A stretch of 24,000 bases of DNA, taken from the NCBI RefSeq assembly GCF_024347195.1, contig NZ_AP025281.1, positions 4,659,695 through 4,683,694 of the forward strand, written 5' to 3'. The number at the start of each line of letters is the position of its first letter. Within the stretch, counting starts at the first letter, position 1. This document shows positions 17,397 to 24,000 of this stretch, one piece after another. This DNA comes from Aliamphritea hakodatensis. Lineage in GTDB: Bacteria; Pseudomonadota; Gammaproteobacteria; Pseudomonadales; Balneatricaceae. Under the pieces are notes generated by a model. It made no database searches. It had not been told where the DNA came from and saw only the letters and a program-made list of their open reading frames with translations. Position numbers and translations under genes: made by a program.

Positions 17397-19145
17397 TTAA
17401 CGGCGGCACTTAGCCCGTTTTTCTTCCAGACGCGCCATCAGCATGGCCATCTCATCACTCTGCCCACCGGCTGACTTAGCTTTTTTCGCCTGCCGCTTAG
17501 CTTTTTCTTCAGCCATCAGCTGCTTCAGACGCTGTTCCTTACCCACCGGATTTGCCGCAGAAACCGCCGCCTTTTCCGGCGGGTTTTTCGCCGCTGCACG
17601 GCGGCTGGCCTGCAGCGATGCTTTACGGGCAGCAACCTTAGCAATCAGCTTGGCCATTTCTGTTGTTTCAGCATCCTGATTTGCCAGCTGTTCAAGCAAT
17701 TTCTTTTCTGCTGCTGAAACAGGCTTCGGTGCCGGAGCAACAGGCGCTGCTTTAAAGGGTTCAGCCACTTCCGGGATAACGTCTGCAGACGCCGGTACCA
17801 CCTGAGTAACTGCCACGTCTGCCGCCGTCCGGGCAACCTCTGCTGCATTTGTAACAGCAAGCTGCCGGGGCTCAGCAACTTTTTCTGCCTCAGCTGCCTC
17901 AGCAATCCGCTGCCGGCGTTTCAGCGTCAGGGTTTTGCGCTTGCTGACCACTACAGGCTTACCGTTAGCATTGAAGCAATCACGGTTTACCTCAGCTTCA
18001 GATGCCTCTGCCTGAGGCGGTGTTTCCGGCGCCGCCTGTACGGTTAACGGAGCATCTGCCACAACGGTCTCAACCGGCATAACCTCAGCCGGGCGGACAG
18101 CTGCCGGAGCCGTTACGGTTTCCGGAGTAGCCACAGCAGCCGGAGAAACAACTGCCGGCTGAGGTATCGCCTGAACCGGTGCCGGTTCTGCTTTCACCGC
18201 GGGTTTAGCTTTGGCTGCAGGCTTCGCTTTTGCTGCTGTTTTCTTGGGCGGCTTCGCCCGGGAATCCAGCCGTGCTATCAGCGCAGCCATTTCAGCGGCT
18301 TCCGCCCGCTGTTTGGCCTGCCGCTCTTCCATACGGGCATCTTTTTCCTGCGCAATGGCTTCACGGATCTTTTTCTCTTTGGCGGCGGAATTCACCCGGC
18401 CAGTCGGCAAAGCCTCAGCCCCGTTCGGTACAGCTGCCACCGGGCTTTTTGCAGGTGCTTTCGCTTTGGCAACTTTCTTCGCCGCCGTTTTCTTTGGTTT
18501 CTTGCCACGGGCATCCATCCGGGCAATCAGCAGGGCCATTTCCCGGGCCGCGGCTTTCTCTTTGGCAACCTTTGCTTTGATGCGCTCATCCTGACGGGCA
18601 TCATAAGCTGCTTTTTCTGCTTTACGCCTGGCTGCCCACTCGGCATCCGACAAACGCGGTTTCTCAGCCGGTTCAGCCGGTTCAGCCGGCTTATCAGCAA
18701 CCTTTTCAGGAGACGGTGATTCAGGCTCGTCAGTGGTGTCCGCCGCTGAATCTTTTGCCGTAAACGGTATATCATCTACCAGCTCAGAGCCCTGTTCCTC
18801 AAGGTTCAGCAACGCATCACGGGTCAGGTCATCCTCAACGGCTTTTGGCTTAACCCTCCGGGCAGCCTTGGGCGCTTTCAGCTTCAGCCCCTGCAGACTG
18901 AGACCACCGGTTTCTTCCAGTGCCGCCTGCATCAGCTCACGCAACTCGGCAGTGTCTTCCGCAAGTGCCCATTCGCTGACTGCAAAACTGTCCATGCCAT
19001 GGTCACGGATATCGTCATACAGACGTGCTTCCACGCCCGCTTCAGCAGCTTTAATAATAACTTCCCAGCGCCGGTCAAGGTCTTCACGGCTGGTACCAAC
19101 ATATATCTGTTCAGTAATCGTATTGGTAATGGTAAAAACGATCAA
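17397..19145 (-). CDS. GIY-YIG (I-TevI-like) domain protein with a long Lys/Ala/Pro/Glu-rich repetitive C-terminal region
   Basis: 582 aa with a TTG start (GGAG 10 nt upstream; no in-frame ATG before residue 51). N-terminus IVFTITNTITEQIYVGTSREDLDRRWEVIIKAAEAG...LYDDIRDHGMDSFAV parallels I-TevI GIYQIKNTLNNKVYVGSAKDFEKRWKRHFKDLEKG...LQRSFNKHGNVFEC. The remainder is low-complexity with four EMAxLIA(R/K) modules. Confidence 0.8.
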   Translation of the reverse strand: MIVFTITNTITEQIYVGTSREDLDRRWEVIIKAAEAGVEARLYDDIRDHGMDSFAVSEWALAEDTAELRELMQAALEETGGLSLQGLKLKAPKAARRVKPKAVEDDLTRDALLNLEEQGSELVDDIPFTAKDSAADTTDEPESPSPEKVADKPAEPAEPAEKPRLSDAEWAARRKAEKAAYDARQDERIKAKVAKEKAAAREMALLIARMDARGKKPKKTAAKKVAKAKAPAKSPVAAVPNGAEALPTGRVNSAAKEKKIREAIAQEKDARMEERQAKQRAEAAEMAALIARLDSRAKPPKKTAAKAKPAAKAKPAVKAEPAPVQAIPQPAVVSPAAVATPETVTAPAAVRPAEVMPVETVVADAPLTVQAAPETPPQAEASEAEVNRDCFNANGKPVVVSKRKTLTLKRRQRIAEAAEAEKVAEPRQLAVTNAAEVARTAADVAVTQVVPASADVIPEVAEPFKAAPVAPAPKPVSAAEKKLLEQLANQDAETTEMAKLIAKVAARKASLQASRRAAAKNPPEKAAVSAANPVGKEQRLKQLMAEEKAKRQAKKAKSAGGQSDEMAMLMARLEEKRAKCRR

Positions 19146-19199
19146 AAGAGGATGACTCCGTACACAAAATCGACAGCCGATGGGGCAAAAAGATCGCGT

Positions 19200-19228
19200 A
19201 TTATAGAGATCCTTTTTTTAAAGGTAAG
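19200..19228 (-). promoter_or_regulatory. possible promoter of the GIY-YIG gene
   Basis: Perfect TATAAT on the minus strand (19205-19200), about 55 nt upstream of the TTG start. The -35 region at 17-nt spacing is only CTTACC (3 of 6), preceded by an A-tract. Confidence 0.3.
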
Positions 19229-19369
19229 ACTTGAAATTCAGTTATTTTTTTGAATCTTCAGGGAGAGGCAATATCATGTCGGAATCAGCGGATACAAACA
19301 TTTAATTTTACTTAATTTTTTGCCCTGCTCCCTTACCCGGAGAAGCAAAGAACAGGGCAAAAATATTCT

Positions 19370-20173
19370 TCAGAATGCGAACTGCTCCCGCCACTGCGCC
19401 GCCGTCATAATACGGCGGTTTTGTGCATCGGCTTCCGCAGCAACCTGCCGGATGAGCACACTGTTATCCGCCGCCAGCTCACCGTGCTGATCATAGAGGT
19501 TATTTTCAAAGCCAACCCGGACGTCACCGCCTTTCTGCATTGCCAGACGGGCACAGCGATGTTCATCCGCCCCAAAGGCACAGACCATCCAGGGTGTATC
19601 GTCCCGGTGCGCGGCAAGGAAGGGTAACAGATCATCCGGCGACGACTGCTGCTGCGCATGATAACGTCCCAGCACGAACAACAGATGATGCGGTACCGAC
19701 GGAATGACGCCGGCCGCTTTCAGCCGGTGGTAACGCTGCACATCTTCAGCACTGTAAAGAATATACTGACAAACGATTTCCTGCGTTGCCAGCCAGTGAA
19801 AGAACCCCTGGGCACCATGGGTATCTTTGTCTTCCGGCAGTAATTCCCGCACCGCTACCGATACCGCCTCCGGCTGCACTTCACGCACCATGGCCATTTG
19901 AGCCGGCGGCTGATAAATCCCCGCAGCTTCGGTAGTCAGCTGTACCGCGATGTCATCACCCACCTCGGTTTTCAGCATATCCCGGATCTGCTGATTCAGC
20001 CGGGGATCCAGTGAATGCCGCCCCTGTTCGTCCCGGGCATGGGTGTGGATCATGGTTGCCCCGGCCAGCACGGCCTCACGGGCGGCTTCAACCACTTCGG
20101 AAGGAGTTACCGGCAGTGCCCGGTGATCCTGCTTTTGCTTATAAGCACCGTTAGGTGCGACCGTAAGAATCAT
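19370..20173 (-). CDS. beta-keto acid cleavage enzyme (BKACE / DUF849; 3-keto-5-aminohexanoate cleavage enzyme family)
   Basis: Start moved to ATG 20173 (MILTVAPNG...), giving 267 aa. Family landmarks: ILTVAPNG, LPVTPSEVVEAAREAVLAGATMIHTHARD (the two Zn-ligand His residues), RVGFENN (ligand Glu). It starts 16 nt after the aminotransferase stop. Confidence 0.88.
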   Translation of the reverse strand: MILTVAPNGAYKQKQDHRALPVTPSEVVEAAREAVLAGATMIHTHARDEQGRHSLDPRLNQQIRDMLKTEVGDDIAVQLTTEAAGIYQPPAQMAMVREVQPEAVSVAVRELLPEDKDTHGAQGFFHWLATQEIVCQYILYSAEDVQRYHRLKAAGVIPSVPHHLLFVLGRYHAQQQSSPDDLLPFLAAHRDDTPWMVCAFGADEHRCARLAMQKGGDVRVGFENNLYDQHGELAADNSVLIRQVAAEADAQNRRIMTAAQWREQFAF

Positions 20174-20189
20174 TGCCTGTGTCACTGCC

Positions 20190-21524
20190 TTAGCCTCCCA
20201 GTGCCTTAAAGGTATCATCCAGCGCCAGGGTGAACTTATCCATCAGCTCATCCGCCTGAGACTGTTGCAAAATAAATGGCGGCGCAATTAATACGTGGTG
20301 ACCGTTTTGCCCATCGATAGTACCGGCCATGGGGTAACACATCAGCCCGTGTCCGAATGCAGCCTGTTTTACTTTGGCATTCAGCGCCGTTTGCGGGGCG
20401 AATGGCTGTTTGGTTACCCGGTCTTCAACCAGTTCAACCCCCATAAACAGTCCGCGGCCCCGGATGTCGCCCACATGCGGGTTTTCAGCAAACCGCTCCC
20501 GCATGCCGGTAAACAGATAATCACTCATGTTGCTAACGTTTTCTAACAGCTTATCTTCCTTAATGACCTGTTGCACCGCCAGCGCCGCGGCACAGGCAGA
20601 CGGATGCGCCATATAGGTATGGCCGTGCTGAAAGAAACCACTGCCATCCGCAATGGCCTGGTAAATTTTATCGCTAACGAGTGTTGCACCAATGGGCTGA
20701 TAACCGGCCCCCAGCCCCTTCGCAATCGTCAACAGATCCGGTGCAACACCGTCTTCATCACAGGCAAACAGATGGCCTGTGCGTCCCATGCCACACATCA
20801 CTTCGTCAAAAATCAGCAAAATGCCGTACTGATCACAGATTTCACGTACCCGCTTCAGGTAGCCGGGCACCGCCGGCACAGCACCGGCCGTTGCGCCCAC
20901 CACCGGCTCAACTACAAATGCCAGCACCTTCTCAGGGCCGGTTGCCAGTAAAGCGTCTTCCAGCTCACCGGCCACCCGCTGACCGTATTCAAATTCGGTT
21001 TCGTCCGGGCGCTGATCCCGGTAGGTATAGCAGGGTGCAATGTGCTGCACCGGGGATAACAGCGGATCAAATTGCTGACGGCGCCACTGGTTACCGCCGA
21101 CAGCCAGCGCCCCCAGCGTATTGCCATGGTAGCTCTGCCGGCGGGCAATAAAATACTGGCGCTCGGTTTCACCTTTTTCCGTGAAATACTGTCGGGCCAT
21201 TTTCAGGGCAGCTTCCACTGCTTCAGAGCCGCCACTGACAAAATACACATGATTCAGATCCCCCGGGGCTTCAGCCACCAGTACATCCGCCAGGCGCTCT
21301 GCCGGTTCGGACGTAAAGAAAGCACTGTGCGCAAAGGGAATAGCATCCAGTTGCTGTTTAACAGCGGCAATAACCCCGGGATGATCATGCCCCAGGCAGG
21401 ACACTGCCGCACCGCCGCAACCGTCCAGATAACGTTTACCCTGCTGATCAATAATGTAAGCCCCTTCACCGGCAACGGCATATGGCAGTTCAGAATGACA
21501 ATGACGATGGAAAATATGACTCAT
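20190..21524 (-). CDS. class-III (omega-type) pyridoxal-phosphate aminotransferase
   Basis: Start moved to ATG 21524 (MSHIFHR..., CAGGAA upstream), giving 444 aa. The track's 88-aa extension is antisense to the LysR gene. Motifs: VSGGSEAVEAALKMARQY, FDEVMCGMGRTGHLFA, TIAKGLGAGYQP (PLP Lys). Confidence 0.9.
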   Translation of the reverse strand: MSHIFHRHCHSELPYAVAGEGAYIIDQQGKRYLDGCGGAAVSCLGHDHPGVIAAVKQQLDAIPFAHSAFFTSEPAERLADVLVAEAPGDLNHVYFVSGGSEAVEAALKMARQYFTEKGETERQYFIARRQSYHGNTLGALAVGGNQWRRQQFDPLLSPVQHIAPCYTYRDQRPDETEFEYGQRVAGELEDALLATGPEKVLAFVVEPVVGATAGAVPAVPGYLKRVREICDQYGILLIFDEVMCGMGRTGHLFACDEDGVAPDLLTIAKGLGAGYQPIGATLVSDKIYQAIADGSGFFQHGHTYMAHPSACAAALAVQQVIKEDKLLENVSNMSDYLFTGMRERFAENPHVGDIRGRGLFMGVELVEDRVTKQPFAPQTALNAKVKQAAFGHGLMCYPMAGTIDGQNGHHVLIAPPFILQQSQADELMDKFTLALDDTFKALGG

Positions 21525-21647
21525 ACTGGATTCCTGTTTCCGGGCAAGGGGGAAAACGTGCTTCTCTATTAAAGTTGCTATTAAAACGATTGGCCAGCAG
21601 GGCGACAAACGCGTTATGCTCTTTTTGATATGCCAAAAAGGAATACC

Positions 21648-22532
21648 ATGCGCCGACATCTGCCCCCTCTTAATGCAATCAAAGCTTTTGAAGCGGTGGC
21701 CCGCCAGCAAAGCTTTACGGCAGCCGCCGCCGAACTCTGTGTCAGCCAGAGCGCGGTCAGCAAACAGGTCGCCCGGCTGGAAGCACACTTACAGCTGCAG
21801 CTGGTTGAGCGTCACGCCAAAGGGATTCGTCTGAGTAAGGAAGGCGAAGCATATCTGCAGGTACTGACGGACGCGCTGGATGCCATTGATCAGGCCAGTG
21901 CCCGGCTCAGCAATGTCCCCCATCAGTTGCGCATTGATACCCTGCCTTCCCTCTCAAGTATCTGGCTGATTCCCCGGTTAACCGATTTCCAGCAACGTCA
22001 CCCGGGTATTGAAGTTGAGCTGATCACCGGTGACGGTCCGGTGGACTTTACCGCGTCCGAAGCAGATCTGGCGATCCGCTGTTTTGCCGATACCCCCACC
22101 GGCAACCACAGCCAGCTGTTAATTCGCGAACGGCTGCATCTGGTGGCTTCGCCTGCACTGGTTGAATCCCGCCCGGTGAACCACCTCAGTGATCTGCGGC
22201 AGTTTACCCTGTTACGTCAGACCACCCGCCCGGATCTGTGGCAGCAGTTTTTCCGCCACTGGCATGATGATGAACAGGCGTATACCTATGGATTTGCCTC
22301 ACAGCATTTCTTTATGACATTGCAATCAGTCAAGGAAGGGATTGGTATTGCCCTGCTGCCAGACTTTCTGGTGGCAGAGCAACTGGAGAGCGGCCAGCTT
22401 TGCGCCCCCCTGAATCTGAGTCTGGACAGTGGCTATGGGTATTATCTGCAGATCCCTGTTCATAAGCGTCAGCAACTTCAGGTCCGGCAGTTCAGCCACT
22501 GGCTGCAAACACAGCTGCCAGCCGCTGAATAA
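21648..22532 (+). CDS. LysR-family transcriptional regulator (GcvA-like), divergent from the aminotransferase-BKACE pair
   Basis: Start moved to ATG 21648 (AAGGAA 4 nt upstream), giving MRRHLPPLNAIKAFEAVARQQSFTAAAAELCVSQSAVSKQVARLE, the typical wHTH N-terminus. A LysR substrate-binding domain follows. Confidence 0.9.
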   Translation: MRRHLPPLNAIKAFEAVARQQSFTAAAAELCVSQSAVSKQVARLEAHLQLQLVERHAKGIRLSKEGEAYLQVLTDALDAIDQASARLSNVPHQLRIDTLPSLSSIWLIPRLTDFQQRHPGIEVELITGDGPVDFTASEADLAIRCFADTPTGNHSQLLIRERLHLVASPALVESRPVNHLSDLRQFTLLRQTTRPDLWQQFFRHWHDDEQAYTYGFASQHFFMTLQSVKEGIGIALLPDFLVAEQLESGQLCAPLNLSLDSGYGYYLQIPVHKRQQLQVRQFSHWLQTQLPAAE

Positions 22533-22549
22533 AATCCGCCGTACAGGTG

Positions 22550-22909
22550 TCAGCGGCGCAGCTCTTCAACCCGTTCAGCCAGCATCTTGTATTCGCCGTA
22601 AGCTTCGCCTACAAGGGTTCGCAGGCCGTTAGAAAACTCATTCACCTGATCAATATCACCGTTGGGCAATACTTTATCCCAGGCGGCCTTAAGGGTTTTA
22701 TCCATCATAAACAGCGGCTGGCACTCAATGCTCTGCCAGATTTGCTCCAGCCGGAAACTGCGTTGCGCCACTGACAGACAGGCCCTGACCGCCGGCCGTT
22801 GCTGGAGGATAAAAATAGCCGCCGAGCGAGCTTCTGCCGTTGGCAAAGCCTGCACCGGGAAACTCATAAACACACACAAAAACAATGGAAAAAAAGGCTT
22901 CATCAACAC
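22550..22909 (-). CDS. small secreted hypothetical protein
   Basis: 119-aa ORF with an N-terminal signal-like segment (MLMKPFFPLFLCVFMSFPVQALP). I recognise no family. It is convergent with the LysR gene, with only 17 nt between the stops. Confidence 0.5.
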   Translation of the reverse strand: MLMKPFFPLFLCVFMSFPVQALPTAEARSAAIFILQQRPAVRACLSVAQRSFRLEQIWQSIECQPLFMMDKTLKAAWDKVLPNGDIDQVNEFSNGLRTLVGEAYGEYKMLAERVEELRR

Positions 22910-23126
22910 TCCGGGCTCACCAGAAAAATATCCAAAAAAGTAGAATTACTCTGTTAACGACCAGCTGCACAGCAAGTTTAGCTAAAATACTCCTGCCACG
23001 TATCAAAAAAACTGGCCATTTGGTCAGGAAGCGTTTGCATTTAACCCTCGGGCACAGGTAGAGTTAGCCACTGCGTCAGAGGCGATAGATGCTTCTGCAA
23101 CAGAATAATAAATGGAGATCATTTCG

Positions 23127-24000
23127 ATGAATCAATTTCGCAAAACTGTGCTCGGTCTAAGCACTGCGATTTGTATTATGGGCATGAGCGCAGCTGCTCA
23201 GGCTGAAACTCTGAAAATCGCTCTGGCCGGTCCTGCTACAGGTCCTGTTGCTCAGTACGGTGATATGCAGAAAATTGGTGTTATGGCGGCGATCGAAGAT
23301 ATCAACGCAGCTGGCGGCATCAACGGTATGCAGCTTGAAGGCGTTATCTACGACGACGCTTGCGACCCTAAGCAAGCGGTAGCTGTTGCTAACAAAATTG
23401 TTAACGATGGTATCAGCCATGTTGTTGGTCACCTGTGCTCTTCTTCTACTGAACCTGCTTCAGACATTTACGAAGAAGAAGGCATTCTGATGATCACTGC
23501 AGCGTCTACTTCTCCGTCTATTACTGAGAAAGGCCACCAGATGGTATTCCGTACTATCGGTCTGGACAGCCTGCAGGGCAGCCTGGCAGCGGATTACATC
23601 AAAACAGTTAAGCCTAAGCGTTTAGCAGTAATTCACGATAAGCAGCAATACGGTGAAGGTCTGGCGACAACTGTCCGTGACTCACTGAAAGGTGCTGGTA
23701 TCGAAGCGGCTATGTTCGAAGGCGTAACATCAGGTGACAAAGACTTCTCTGCCCTGATCGCTAAGCTGAAGAAAGAAGGCGTTGACTTCGTTTACTACGG
23801 TGGTTATCACCCGGAGCTGGGCCTGATCCTGCGTCAGTCAGCTGAAAAAGGCTTTAATGCTCAGTTCATGGGTCCTGAAGGCATCGTAAACGCAGACCTG
23901 GCAAAAATTGCCGGTGAAGCGATGGAAGGTGTACTGGCGACTGCTCCTAAGAGCTTCGACCAGAACCCTGTTAACCAGAAACGTGTAGAAGCAATTAAAG
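23127..24000 (+). CDS. branched-chain amino acid ABC transporter substrate-binding protein (LivJ/LivK/BraC family), 3'-truncated by the window end
   Basis: Not in the ORF track because it is open to the window end. ATG 23127 with TGGAGA 8 nt upstream. Translates to [95 protein letters not shown]..., a signal peptide followed by the LivJ-type fold. Codon usage is strongly biased to GCT/GGT/CGT/TCT/ACT, unlike its neighbours. The 91-aa minus-strand ORF at 23157-23432 is its antisense shadow. Confidence 0.93.
   Translation, partial: MNQFRKTVLGLSTAICIMGMSAAAQAETLKIALAGPATGPVAQYGDMQKIGVMAAIEDINAAGGINGMQLEGVIYDDACDPKQAVAVANKIVNDGISHVVGHLCSSSTEPASDIYEEEGILMITAASTSPSITEKGHQMVFRTIGLDSLQGSLAADYIKTVKPKRLAVIHDKQQYGEGLATTVRDSLKGAGIEAAMFEGVTSGDKDFSALIAKLKKEGVDFVYYGGYHPELGLILRQSAEKGFNAQFMGPEGIVNADLAKIAGEAMEGVLATAPKSFDQNPVNQKRVEAIK

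Noticed and set aside
18211-19155. Plus-strand ORFs of 116-140 aa opposite the GIY-YIG/KA-rich gene.
   Set aside because: They are Ala/Ser/Arg-rich mirror images of the GC-rich Lys/Ala codon repeats. They have no RBS, and the minus-strand frame has the recognisable domain.
19276-19305. A nine-codon micro-ORF (MSESADTNI) with a strong GGGAGAGG RBS 7 nt upstream, on the plus strand.
   Set aside because: There is no downstream plus-strand gene for it to regulate, no terminator or attenuator partner, and the region is the promoter area of a minus-strand gene. A peptide of this size cannot be supported from sequence alone.
19300-19369. A hairpin (GCCCTG...CAGGGC) after the BKACE stop, considered as its terminator.
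   Set aside because: In both orientations the stem is preceded by T-runs and followed by A-runs, the reverse of an intrinsic terminator. The stem is also interrupted.
21525-21788. An 88-aa N-terminal extension of the aminotransferase ORF.
   Set aside because: Aminotransferase homology starts at MSHIFHR (ATG 21524). The extension is antisense to the LysR N-terminus and promoter region.
22980-23126. A sigma-54 (GG-N10-GC) promoter upstream of the LivJ-like gene (TGGCC...TTTGCA).
   Set aside because: The spacings between candidate GG and GC dinucleotides are 8, 13 or 21 nt, not 10.
1-24000. CRISPR arrays, IS elements or inverted terminal repeats, integrons, prophage or defence-system genes.
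   Set aside because: I scanned both strands and the intergenic regions by eye. I found no regularly spaced repeats, no transposase, integrase or Cas-like ORFs, and no long terminal inverted repeats.

Overview
This looks like a chromosomal, mostly housekeeping segment of a gammaproteobacterium. The carA-carB-greA order matches what is reported for Pseudomonas-like lineages, and GC is roughly 50% by eye.

Gene content, left to right:
- greA, carB and carA (minus strand)
- a methyl-accepting chemotaxis protein
- an SbmA-type peptide importer
- two tandem paralogous secreted trypsin/V8-like serine proteases
- a four-gene tRNA operon, Ser(UGA)-Asn(GUU)-Lys(UUU)-Lys(UUU), with a textbook stable-RNA promoter
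- a CvfB/YitL-family S1 RNA-binding protein
- a thiolase-fold orphan
- a 467-bp gap that I read as a Fur-box-controlled small RNA
- a fusion of an FAD oxidoreductase to SelD
- a signal-peptide-bearing MsrA-MsrB fusion
- a 582-aa protein with an I-TevI-like GIY-YIG N-terminus and a Lys/Ala/Pro-rich repetitive tail
- a class-III aminotransferase plus BKACE (DUF849) pair with a divergent LysR regulator
- a small secreted hypothetical
- the 5' part of a LivJ/BraC-type binding protein

I see no integrase, transposase, IS ends, CRISPR array, prophage genes or recognisable defence or toxin-antitoxin genes, and I cannot honestly claim a multi-gene novel system.

The most interesting unexplained items are:
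- the candidate iron-responsive sRNA at about 13550-13704
- the GIY-YIG/KA-repeat protein
- the oxidoreductase-SelD fusion in an orphan context
- the tandem protease pair next to sbmA
- a terminator-like leader upstream of carA

All homology statements are by-eye comparisons with remembered sequences and motifs. No database search was run.
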